From NCBI GenBank assembly GCA_964556365.1, contig CAZKVT010000008.1, positions 4,826 to 68,825 on the forward strand: a stretch of 64,000 nucleotides of DNA, in the 5' to 3' direction. This stretch comes from an uncultured bacterium. Lineage in GTDB: Bacteria > Hydrothermota > UBA3072. Shown piece by piece: positions 55,313-63,009 of this stretch; within the stretch, counting starts at the first letter, position 1, and each line of letters opens with the position of its first letter. A program made the translations under genes and the position numbers. The notes under the pieces are model-generated. The model searched no databases and was not told the origin of the DNA. It worked only from the letters and a program-made list of their open reading frames with translations.

Positions 55313-56150
55313 AACTTTTTTTTGTCTGCTTGCATTTATAGCTCTGCCTCTTACCGGGACGGACATCGCGCTCCGCCTTGGGGATAAACTCTTCGATTCG
55401 AATTTCTACGATGAGGCAATCACCGAATACCATCGTTACATTCATTTTAATCCAGAAAAAGAAGAAGTAAGCTACGCGTATTATAAAATCGCTCTCGCTT
55501 ACAGAAATAAATACAATCTAGAGGAATCACTGAACGCTATGGGTCTATCGGCACAAACAGCATTAACGGACAGCATAAAAAATGAACGAAAAATAGACGC
55601 GGCCCTAACTTATATCGCGATGGGGAAATACGACAAAACAAAATTTATACTCCTCAAACTTATTTCGTTCAGCGATAATCCGGAAATAAAAAGAAAAGCA
55701 TCACTTTTCCTCGGAATAGCGCATCTTTATTGTTACGAGTGGAAATCCGCGAAAGAGGCTTTGCAAATATATTTCGATGAAAAAGGAAACAGCCAATTTG
55801 CTCAGGCCATAGATTCCCTTCTTTTAACAGCGGAAAATCTGAATTACAAATCTCCGAAAACCGCAAGGTTATTCTCCACTTTTATCCCCGGCACGGGACA
55901 GATATATTCGGGAAACGTAGGCGATGGAATCAACTCCATGCTTCTTAACGGCGCTAATATTTATTTTATTATTTATAAATTACTAAAGGAAGAGTACGGT
56001 AACGCGTATCTTATATATTTTTTCCTTTTCAGGAGATACTATTTCGGAAATATTTATTACGCGCAAAAAGGAGCATCAGACCATAATAGAGAATTAAACG
56101 AACAGAGAGCAGACAGTATATTTAGTCTATTAAAAAATATAGAACAATAA
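55296..56150 (+). CDS. TPR protein with C-terminal PGxGxxY membrane domain (paralogue of the preceding gene)
   Basis: 284 aa; same layout, FSTFIPGTGQIYSGNVGDGI; overlaps the previous gene by 17 nt. Confidence 0.5.
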   Translation: MKTLNKTFFCLLAFIALPLTGTDIALRLGDKLFDSNFYDEAITEYHRYIHFNPEKEEVSYAYYKIALAYRNKYNLEESLNAMGLSAQTALTDSIKNERKIDAALTYIAMGKYDKTKFILLKLISFSDNPEIKRKASLFLGIAHLYCYEWKSAKEALQIYFDEKGNSQFAQAIDSLLLTAENLNYKSPKTARLFSTFIPGTGQIYSGNVGDGINSMLLNGANIYFIIYKLLKEEYGNAYLIYFFLFRRYYFGNIYYAQKGASDHNRELNEQRADSIFSLLKNIEQ

Positions 56151-56210
56151 ATTTGAACAGTTTTATCTAAATTAATGAAAATAAAAATACCATACCAGGG
56201 ATAGATACCT

Positions 56211-56400
56211 GATTCTTCGAATCAGTTGAATGGTTGAATAGTTGAATAGTTGAATAGGAAAAACAAAAGAAGAGTTCCTTGACAACCATCAAGGTTTCTC
56301 ATATAATATTTGAAATAAGGGGATAAAAATATGAGATTTTTAAAGATTTTGTTTTTAACATATTTAGTTTTGGCGTTAATACTTCCTTGTAAATCATTAG
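56211..56400 (+). repeat. copy 2 of duplicated GTTGAAT array + promoter + 5' coding block
   Basis: GATTCTTCGAATCAGTTGAATGGTTGAATAGTTGAATAGTTGAAT (4 units vs 3 in copy 1)...CCTTGACA-N17-TATAAT...ATGAGATTTTTAAAGATTTT. Confidence 0.85.
56279..56307 (+). promoter_or_regulatory. consensus sigma-70 promoter (paralog 2)
   Basis: TTGACA 56279-56284, exact 17-nt spacer, TATAAT 56302-56307. Confidence 0.65.
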
Positions 56401-56864
56401 CGGATGAACCCGATACACTGTCCGATACACTAACGGTAAAAGATAAAACCGAACAAGAAGCGGATAAACCCGATACACTGTCCGATGCACTAATAGTAAA
56501 ATATAAAGCCGAACAACAGGCTGAAAAAGATGTAAACAAAGCCTGCTGGTTTGGAGTGGGGTTAGGGTTCAATATAATAGGAACTGGATTAGCTATTGCA
56601 ATGCCTCCTTCTCCGGACCCGGTGCAATTTGCGGGTAAATCTCCGGAGTATATCAGAATGTATACAGACGCTTACAAATCCAGAGCAAAGGAAATACAAA
56701 CCACGTACAGTTTTATGGGATGCGCGACAGCTGTGACTGTTAGTGCGTGCGTAACCATCTACTTAATCAATGAAGCTGCTAATGACTGTGTTGGATGTAT
56801 GGAGTACGCTGCCGAAGATGAATCGAGCAGCTGCAGCGATTGCTCGAGCGCTCCTCCGGAGTAA
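56331..56864 (+). CDS. signal-peptide/2-TM membrane protein with Cys-rich tail (paralog 2)
   Basis: 177 aa; same signal peptide and core (KACWFGVGL, FAGKSPEYIRMYTDAYKSRAKEIQT) as 52712..53251, plus a 2x20-aa insert; tail CVGCMEYAAEDESSSCSDCSS. Confidence 0.5.
   Translation: MRFLKILFLTYLVLALILPCKSLADEPDTLSDTLTVKDKTEQEADKPDTLSDALIVKYKAEQQAEKDVNKACWFGVGLGFNIIGTGLAIAMPPSPDPVQFAGKSPEYIRMYTDAYKSRAKEIQTTYSFMGCATAVTVSACVTIYLINEAANDCVGCMEYAAEDESSSCSDCSSAPPE
56400..56519 (+). repeat. 2 x 60-nt in-frame tandem duplication
   Basis: GCGGATGAACCCGATACACTGTCCGATACACTAACGGTAAAAGATAAAACCGAACAAGAA vs GCGGATAAACCCGATACACTGTCCGATGCACTAATAGTAAAATATAAAGCCGAACAACAG. Confidence 0.85.
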
Positions 56865-56869
56865 TTAAA

Positions 56870-57125
56870 AAGAGGTACTGGGTATTAGGTTTTAGATCAG
56901 AAAGGGCTCTCAGCTCACAGCTGACAGCAACTAAAAGTAAAAAATAAGATGCGAGGATTCGAGGTTTCCAGTTTTTGATTTTGACATCGGACTATGGACT
57001 TTGGACATTGGACTATATTTTATTATACCACTTAATCCATAATCCCTGAATTTCTACCCCGCACTGCTTCTAATCCTTCTGTTCTACTAATAAACCATTT
57101 TACCAATAGACTAATAACTAATCGT
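56870..57125. repeat. interspersed mosaic element upstream of the pckG promoter
   Basis: GGTACTGG GTATTAGG TTTTAGAT; CTCAGCT CACAGCT GACAGC; GCGAGGATTCGAGGTTT; GGACTAT GGACTTT GGACATT GGACTAT. CTTAATCCATAATCCCTGA is identical to 16153-16171, and TGCTTCTAATCCT to 16187-16199. Confidence 0.8.
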
Positions 57126-57277
57126 TCAACGAACGATTTCCCCCTTGACAGATTAAAAAAATCCATTATCATCCCCAAGGGTTAAAAACAGGATGACAAA
57201 ATATTCATTAAAACCTGATTTATATTCACTGTTATTTCAACCTCCCATGAAATTTAAAATTAAAAAGGAGGGTTATT

Positions 57278-59155
57278 GTGTCTTCAAATATTTTAAAAGA
57301 AAGGTTAGAAAAAGAACAGTATGATAAACTGATACGGATTGACAATCCCGAACTGCATGAATTTGTCGCGAAATATATTGAACATTGTAATCCTGAAAAA
57401 GTATTCGTTTGTACCGATTCAAAAGAAGATATCAAATACATAAGAGAAGCCGCCATCAGGAATGGGGAAGAAATCGAACTCGCAAAAGAAAATCACACAA
57501 TTCATTTCGATAATTATTACGACCAGGCAAGAGATAAGAAAAACACAAAAATATTACTTTCCGAAGGAGTAGAACTCGATAAAACAATAAACACTGCCCC
57601 CAGAGAACAATCCCTTGAAGAAGTTCACGGAATAATGAAAGACATAATGAAGGGGAAAGAAGTATATATTAGATTTTTCAGTCTGGGACCCACAAACTCT
57701 GAATTCTCACAACCTACAATGCAAATGACAGATTCAGCCTATGTCGCTCACAGCGAAGACTTGCTTTACAGACAGGGATTCGAAGAATTCGTACGTCAGG
57801 GAAGAAACGCCCGCGCCTTTAAAATAGTCCACTCTGCGGGTGAACTCGATGTTCGAAATACAAGCAAAAATTTGGATAAACGCAGAGTGTATATAGACCT
57901 CGAAGAAAATACGGTTTACAGCGCGAACACTCAATACGGTGGAAACACAATCGGACTAAAAAAACTATCGATGCGTCTCGCGATTAACCGCGGAATAAAA
58001 GAAGGATGGCTAACAGAACATATGCTGGTCATGGGTGTTCATGGCCCTAATGATAGAGTTACGTATCTTACGGGCGCGTTTCCTTCTCTCTGCGGAAAAA
58101 CTTCTACCGCGATGCTGGATAATGAATCTGTTATCGGCGATGATATTGCTTATCTTAGAAAGAAAGATGGTAAAGTACGAGCGGTCAACGTCGAAAGCGG
58201 GGTATTTGGAATTATCATGGGAGTAAACTCCCTTGACGACCCCATAATCTGGGATGCTCTACATTCTAACGCGGAAATAATATTTTCCAATATTCTAATG
58301 ACACCCGAAGGTGGAGTTCACTGGATAGACAAAGACGGAGAAATACCCGAAAAAGGGATAAATCATTCGGGAGAATGGCATAAAGGCAAAAAAGATAAAG
58401 AAGGAAAAGAAATAACCCCCTCTCACCGAAATGCGAGATTTACTATCTCTCTGGAAAACTTCGACCACCGCGACCCAAAACTTCACGACCCAAAAGGAGT
58501 CGAAATAGGTGGTATAGTTTACGGCGGAAGAGACTCCGACACCTGGGTTCCAATCAAAGAATCTCTAGACTGGGCGCATGGAATAATAGCTTACGGTGCA
58601 TCGCTCGAATCGGAAACCACTGCCGCAACGTTAGGACAAGAGGGAGTAAGAAAATTCAACGTCATGTCTAACATGGATTTCCTTTCTGTTTCAATAAGAG
58701 ATTATATAAACGCGAACCTTGATTTCGCGAAAGGGTTAGAAAAAGAACCCAGTATATTCGCGGTCAATTATTTCCTTGTAGATAAAGACGGTAATTTCCT
58801 TAACTCGAGAGAAGACAAAAAAGTCTGGTATAAATGGGCAGAACTCCGGGCAAATAGAGACGTGGACGCGATAAACGCTCCAACCGGTCGCATTCCCAAA
58901 TACGAAGACCTGAAAAGACTCTTTAAAGAAGTTATAAATAAAGAGTTTACCGAAGAAGATTATAACGAACAATTCAAAATAAGAGTAAAAGAAAATATCG
59001 CGAAAATCGACCGAATCGAGGAAATTTACAGGACACAGATAATGGATGCTCCGAAAGTCGTTTTCGATGTTCTGGAAGAACAGAGAAAAAGACTCCTTTC
59101 AGCGCAAGCGAAGCATGGAGACTACATTCTTCCAGGAAACCTGGAAGAATGTTAG
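57278..59155 (+). CDS. pckG: phosphoenolpyruvate carboxykinase (GTP)
   Basis: 625 aa; GTG start after AAGGAGGG; FPSLCGKTSTAML kinase-1a motif, NARFT, GGRDSD. Confidence 0.95.
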   Translation: MSSNILKERLEKEQYDKLIRIDNPELHEFVAKYIEHCNPEKVFVCTDSKEDIKYIREAAIRNGEEIELAKENHTIHFDNYYDQARDKKNTKILLSEGVELDKTINTAPREQSLEEVHGIMKDIMKGKEVYIRFFSLGPTNSEFSQPTMQMTDSAYVAHSEDLLYRQGFEEFVRQGRNARAFKIVHSAGELDVRNTSKNLDKRRVYIDLEENTVYSANTQYGGNTIGLKKLSMRLAINRGIKEGWLTEHMLVMGVHGPNDRVTYLTGAFPSLCGKTSTAMLDNESVIGDDIAYLRKKDGKVRAVNVESGVFGIIMGVNSLDDPIIWDALHSNAEIIFSNILMTPEGGVHWIDKDGEIPEKGINHSGEWHKGKKDKEGKEITPSHRNARFTISLENFDHRDPKLHDPKGVEIGGIVYGGRDSDTWVPIKESLDWAHGIIAYGASLESETTAATLGQEGVRKFNVMSNMDFLSVSIRDYINANLDFAKGLEKEPSIFAVNYFLVDKDGNFLNSREDKKVWYKWAELRANRDVDAINAPTGRIPKYEDLKRLFKEVINKEFTEEDYNEQFKIRVKENIAKIDRIEEIYRTQIMDAPKVVFDVLEEQRKRLLSAQAKHGDYILPGNLEEC

Positions 59156-59184
59156 ATCGTTAGGCCGTTAGGTAGTTAGGTCGA
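59151..59184. repeat. left 8-mer array flanking the four-helix-bundle gene
   Basis: GTTAGATC GTTAGGCC GTTAGGTA GTTAGGTC GA, beginning inside the pckG stop codon. Confidence 0.8.
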
Positions 59185-59211
59185 TAAAAACTATAAAATT
59201 TTGGAGCATTA

Positions 59212-59589
59212 ATGGAAGGACACAAGACAAAAACACATCGAGATTTGGAAATCTGGCAGAGAGGAATAGATTTAGTCACTAAGATCTATAAAATAACAAA
59301 AAACTTCCCAAAAGAGGAACTTTACGGTTTAACATCTCAAATGAGAAGAGCGGCTATTTCTTATCCCAGTAATATTTCAGAAGGAGCTGCCCGTGATTCA
59401 ATAAACGATTATATTCGTTTCCTATACATATCTATGGGATCACTCTCCGAACTTGAAACACAAATAATTATTTCCGAAAAGTTAGGATACCTCAAAGATT
59501 CAAAAGATATACTTGAAGATATCGAAGCGATCACTCGAAAAACTTATAATCTGATAAAATATCTCAAATCAAAAAAAGATTCATCTTAA
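59212..59589 (+). CDS. four-helix-bundle protein (23S rRNA intervening-sequence protein family, TIGR02436-like)
   Basis: 125 aa; DLEIWQRGIDLV..IYKITKNFPKEELYGLTSQMRRAAISYPSNISEGAAR...FLYISMGSLSELETQ matches the family pattern as I recall it; GGAG RBS. Confidence 0.8.
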   Translation: MEGHKTKTHRDLEIWQRGIDLVTKIYKITKNFPKEELYGLTSQMRRAAISYPSNISEGAARDSINDYIRFLYISMGSLSELETQIIISEKLGYLKDSKDILEDIEAITRKTYNLIKYLKSKKDSS

Positions 59590-59692
59590 CGAACCAACGA
59601 CCTAACGATCCAACGAACCAACCAATATAGACCTAGGACTTATTACCCAATATTCCGATCCAACGAACCAACGACCTAACGATCCAACGATT
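59588..59692. repeat. right 8-mer arrays (inverted relative to the left array), containing a perfect 29-nt direct repeat
   Basis: AACGAACCAACGACCTAACGATCCAACGA at 59588-59616 and again at 59662-59690; units CCAACGAA CCAACGAC CTAACGAT. Confidence 0.85.
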
Positions 59693-59698
59693 ACAATC

Positions 59699-59726
59699 TT
59701 GACAAACTTGCAATTTCTTATATCTT
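59699..59726 (+). promoter_or_regulatory. sigma-70-type promoter of the tRNA-Glu/tRNA-Gln pair
   Basis: TTGACA 59699-59704, 16 nt, TATCTT 59721-59726; tRNA-Glu starts at 59736. Confidence 0.5.
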
Positions 59727-59735
59727 TTATGCGCT

Positions 59736-59810
59736 GGCCCCATCGTCTAGCCCGGCCTAGGATGCATGGTTCTCAGCCATGTGACAGGGGTTCAAATCCC
59801 CTTGGGGCTA
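59736..59810 (+). tRNA. tRNA-Glu (anticodon CTC)
   Basis: Hand-folded 75 nt: GGCCCCA/TGGGGCT acceptor (G1-U72), CATGG-TTCTCAG-CCATG anticodon arm, AGGGGTTCAAATCCCCT T-arm; no encoded CCA. Confidence 0.85.
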
Positions 59811-59828
59811 TACCATATATATAATTAC

Positions 59829-59902
59829 TGGGGTGTCGTCTAATGGCAAGGCACAGGACTCTGGATCCTGCTATCGGGGTTCGAATCCCTGCACCCCAGC
59901 CA
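59829..59902 (+). tRNA. tRNA-Gln (anticodon CTG), CCA encoded
   Basis: Hand-folded 74 nt: TGGGGTG/CACCCCA acceptor, CAGGA-CTCTGGA-TCCTG anticodon arm, GGGGTTCGAATCCCT T-arm, GCCA 3' end. Confidence 0.92.
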
Positions 59903-61549
59903 TTCTTTACGATTTTTCGAACACCAATTACCACCTGCGCTCCACCGCCCACCCAACCCATGCTCGTCCGCCTCGCCCGATGGCGCTCGGCGACCTCGCT
60001 TTGAGGTCGACCGCCCTTCCGCGGAATCTTCGCCAACTACGTCGGCTCGCCCCGCGGAATAGGCTCGGTGATTTCCGAGTCCTCGAATGTATCCCTCAGG
60101 CAAATAGAAAATGTCCAACGAAACTTCGTCAAGTCCATAAGATATGGACTTGATAAGACTTTGAAAAAGCTGGGGTCTGTCTTTGGGGGAAATTTCGCCA
60201 ATCTTTTTTGAAAAATCTTTTAAGTTTTCTAAAACAATTTTTGTTTCAAACTTTTCTTTTTCTTCTTTTTGAATTGAAAGTTTTATCCCCTCTAAATCAA
60301 ATTCCAAAACCTTTTTCTTGTTTTCGAGATTTTCGATTTCCTTCCTAACGGAAGGAAATCTCTCAATCCCCACTTCCGAGAGAATATCGATAAGATTTTG
60401 GAGTTTACTCCCCACCACCCTTAATTCATCGATTTTCTCTTTTTCTTGTTTTTTGAGGGGGCTTATTTTTAGTTCGTCGTTTTTGTTTGTTCTCTCGACT
60501 ATTTTGTTTATTGCTTTTTCGTCTTTGCTTATTTCCTTTAATTTGTATATGACAAAATCTTCGATTTTGTCCGCATTCACCGATTTAATATTACAGCTAT
60601 CCCACTCATGCTTATAAGTTTTTGTGCAGCGGTAATATTTTGTATATCTCGGAGTAATTCCGTCCTTATGTTTATTTTTTGTATAGGTCGGCGTCATGGT
60701 CGAACCGCATTCACTGCACTTAAGAAGACCCTGCAAAAAATAAACGTGGTCTATTTTCGTTTTTCTCTTATACCTTTTCTTGTGGAAGCTTTGAGCTTTT
60801 AAAAACATCGGCTCTGTTATTATCGGTTTATGGACTCCATCGTAAAGATTTTCTTTATACGGAAGTTTACCGTAATAAACAGGATTTCTTAAAATATTAT
60901 CTACGGTCGTTTTACTGAATTTCTTGCCTTTCCTTGTTTTATATTTTTTATTTATTCGTCTTCTTGTCTCCGCAAGCGACTTAGTTTCAATAAATATTTT
61001 AAACATTTCTTTTACAAATTCTGATTCTTCCGGGTTTATAACAAGTTTTTTATCTTTGTTCTTATATCCGTACGGAACAGTTCCTCCGTTCCACATTCCT
61101 TTCTCCGCTCTCTGATACATTTTATCTTTTGTTCTCTCCGCTGAGAGTTCCCGTTCAAACTGAGCGAAAGTTAGCATAATATTTCTTAAGAGTCTTCCCG
61201 AAGGAGTTGCAGTATCAAAGTGTTCTGTTATGGAAATAAAAGAAACTCCGTTACTGTCGAAAAGTTCAATCAAAGCGTAAAAATCTTTAGGCGACCTTGT
61301 CAGCCTATCGATTTTATAACAGAGTACACAATCGATTTTTCCGTCGATAATATCTTTAAGCATTCTGCCGAGTGCGGGTCTTTCGATATTCGCGCCGGAA
61401 TATCCGGGGTCACTATAAACCTGATAAAGTTTAAGCTCTTCCTGACTTTTAATGTAGGATTTTATCCGTTCTTCCTGGGCTTCGCAGGAGTTATATTCCT
61501 TTTCCGCTTGATTATCTGTTGATACTCGAGTGTATATCGCACATTTCAT
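59840..61549 (-). CDS. large serine recombinase (recognisable domains end near 60092; ORF tail reads through the GC-rich segment and antisense tRNA-Gln)
   Basis: 569 aa; catalytic CAIYTRVSTDNQ, resolvase domain, recombinase domain, zinc ribbon CSECGSTMTP...YYRC, long coiled coil; AGGAAGGAAG RBS. Confidence 0.9.
   Translation of the reverse strand: MKCAIYTRVSTDNQAEKEYNSCEAQEERIKSYIKSQEELKLYQVYSDPGYSGANIERPALGRMLKDIIDGKIDCVLCYKIDRLTRSPKDFYALIELFDSNGVSFISITEHFDTATPSGRLLRNIMLTFAQFERELSAERTKDKMYQRAEKGMWNGGTVPYGYKNKDKKLVINPEESEFVKEMFKIFIETKSLAETRRRINKKYKTRKGKKFSKTTVDNILRNPVYYGKLPYKENLYDGVHKPIITEPMFLKAQSFHKKRYKRKTKIDHVYFLQGLLKCSECGSTMTPTYTKNKHKDGITPRYTKYYRCTKTYKHEWDSCNIKSVNADKIEDFVIYKLKEISKDEKAINKIVERTNKNDELKISPLKKQEKEKIDELRVVGSKLQNLIDILSEVGIERFPSVRKEIENLENKKKVLEFDLEGIKLSIQKEEKEKFETKIVLENLKDFSKKIGEISPKDRPQLFQSLIKSISYGLDEVSLDIFYLPEGYIRGLGNHRAYSAGRADVVGEDSAEGRSTSKRGRRAPSGEADEHGLGGRWSAGGNWCSKNRKEWLGCRDSNPDSRIQSPVPCH
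59903..60092. other. GC-rich, C-skewed, hairpin-rich segment of unknown nature
   Basis: Hand count of 59931-60070: 98/140 G+C (C 62, G 36 on + strand) against AT-rich surroundings. Hairpins at 59989-60012 and 60064-60079; palindrome TTCCGCGGAA 60017-60026. Confidence 0.5.
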
Positions 61550-63009
61550 TTGCTTCCTTTCCTTTTTTTAGACTCTCTGCAAAACCTAACATACCATTTC
61601 TCTTTGACTATTAGCTTTTCGATATCTTTGTTTGAAAATCCTAAAAGCCCTAATAAACTTATTAAAAGTAAGAGTTTCAACTTTTGCAAAAGCTCAAAAA
61701 GTTCCTCTGACTCTGAAATTTGATCACGCGAAGAAGAATCTAGATGGGCTAAATAATTTCTATTCTTTGCAACTTTTTCACCAAAAGATTCATCATCTTC
61801 TACAAAATTTCTTGTTACCTCAGAATATTTTTTTATAATATATTTTAGTCTCGATTTCAAAGAAGGCTCATTACTATACTTTAGTCTAGATTTTAACCAG
61901 CTTTCATATTTATCAGGAACAGCTTCTAATATAATCTTAATTCTCTCTTCATGTCTTGTTTTATCCATCTCTTCGTTATTTTCAAAGATTCGGGGAAAAG
62001 ACTCAATTGCTTGAACTACATTCAAAAACTGATTTTGCAGAGAAAAATAACTCTCATCAAGTGTCAAGAAATGAATTTGATAAACAGATTCTAAAATTTT
62101 AGCATTCGCAAACCATCTATTCATTAAATCTTCCAATTTTCCAGCAACATCAGAAAATGCAAAAAGAAAATCATGCCTTGTTAAATATTCTGGCTTCTCT
62201 GGTAAACCTCGAAAAGAATAGAGGACATTTATTGACTTAAACTTATCTTTTTCTAAGTCCTGTATACCGGAAACAAATAAGGGATACACAGGCCACCTAA
62301 TAGAAAGGGATAAAAAACTCTGTATTACACTTAATACTTCTAGAAACCTCTTAAATTCTGTATATTTCTTATAATTCATACTTATGATACATTCTTGTAT
62401 TACTTCTACTTTATTGCTATCTCCTATTAAAGGAATTTTGTCAGGCTTTATAAAAAGCTCAATTTTAAGATCTTTACCTATGTTGAGAATAATAGGATCT
62501 TTCTCTTTGTAGTTAATAGTAAATCCTGTATCAAGGTCAATCTCTGCTTTGAGACCGCTAACATCAAACCACTTATCCAAATAAGTAAGTTTTGCATAAA
62601 CTTTATTAAATTTTATTTCATCAATGTTGTTAAAGTGAGCGCCAAAAAAAGCCGTCTGGGAAAAAATGGAATCACATTTAACACAGCTACCACTAAAATG
62701 TGGCCGAATATTAGAGCAACCAGTTAAAGTAACAATTTTGCCATTACATAATAAACCATGCATTAAATTTTCTTCTTCGCTCAGAAAAGAGGTCAAACTG
62801 GTCCGGCCTTTAATTTTTTTCCTAATATCAAAATCCTCGATTATATCTAACATTAACCCCTTTCTAGGATTAAAAGTGAGCGTTCCAGCTTTTTTTTCAT
62901 TGGCTTTAGAGGGATACCACCAAAGACCTTTAAAAGAATATTCTTTATTCAATTCAAATTTAACTCTATCAAAATTTACATCAGAAGGAATACTTCTAAT
63001 AAAATCCAT
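61546..63009 (-). CDS. ApeA-like HEPN-domain protein (candidate abortive-infection/defence nuclease)
   Basis: 487 aa; N-terminal FKGLWWYPSKANEKKAGTLTFNPRKGLMLDI, C-terminal helical region with NRNYLAH (R-x4-H); stop overlaps the recombinase ATG. Confidence 0.5.
   Translation of the reverse strand: MDFIRSIPSDVNFDRVKFELNKEYSFKGLWWYPSKANEKKAGTLTFNPRKGLMLDIIEDFDIRKKIKGRTSLTSFLSEEENLMHGLLCNGKIVTLTGCSNIRPHFSGSCVKCDSIFSQTAFFGAHFNNIDEIKFNKVYAKLTYLDKWFDVSGLKAEIDLDTGFTINYKEKDPIILNIGKDLKIELFIKPDKIPLIGDSNKVEVIQECIISMNYKKYTEFKRFLEVLSVIQSFLSLSIRWPVYPLFVSGIQDLEKDKFKSINVLYSFRGLPEKPEYLTRHDFLFAFSDVAGKLEDLMNRWFANAKILESVYQIHFLTLDESYFSLQNQFLNVVQAIESFPRIFENNEEMDKTRHEERIKIILEAVPDKYESWLKSRLKYSNEPSLKSRLKYIIKKYSEVTRNFVEDDESFGEKVAKNRNYLAHLDSSSRDQISESEELFELLQKLKLLLLISLLGLLGFSNKDIEKLIVKEKWYVRFCRESKKRKGSK

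Noticed and set aside
59903-60092. Tested the GC-rich segment by eye against remembered cores of SRP RNA (GGUCCGGAAGGAAGCAGC), tmRNA, RNase P RNA, 6S RNA and a third tRNA
   Set aside because: No convincing match: CCGCGGAAGGGCGG only superficially resembles the SRP GGAA loop, and there is no tRNA-like T-arm or acceptor. The nature of the segment is left open.
59773-60153. ORFs 59773..60036 (-) and 59833..60153 (+) in the GC-rich segment
   Set aside because: Arg/Pro/Gly-rich translations that overlap two tRNAs; open frames are expected by chance in 70% G+C DNA.
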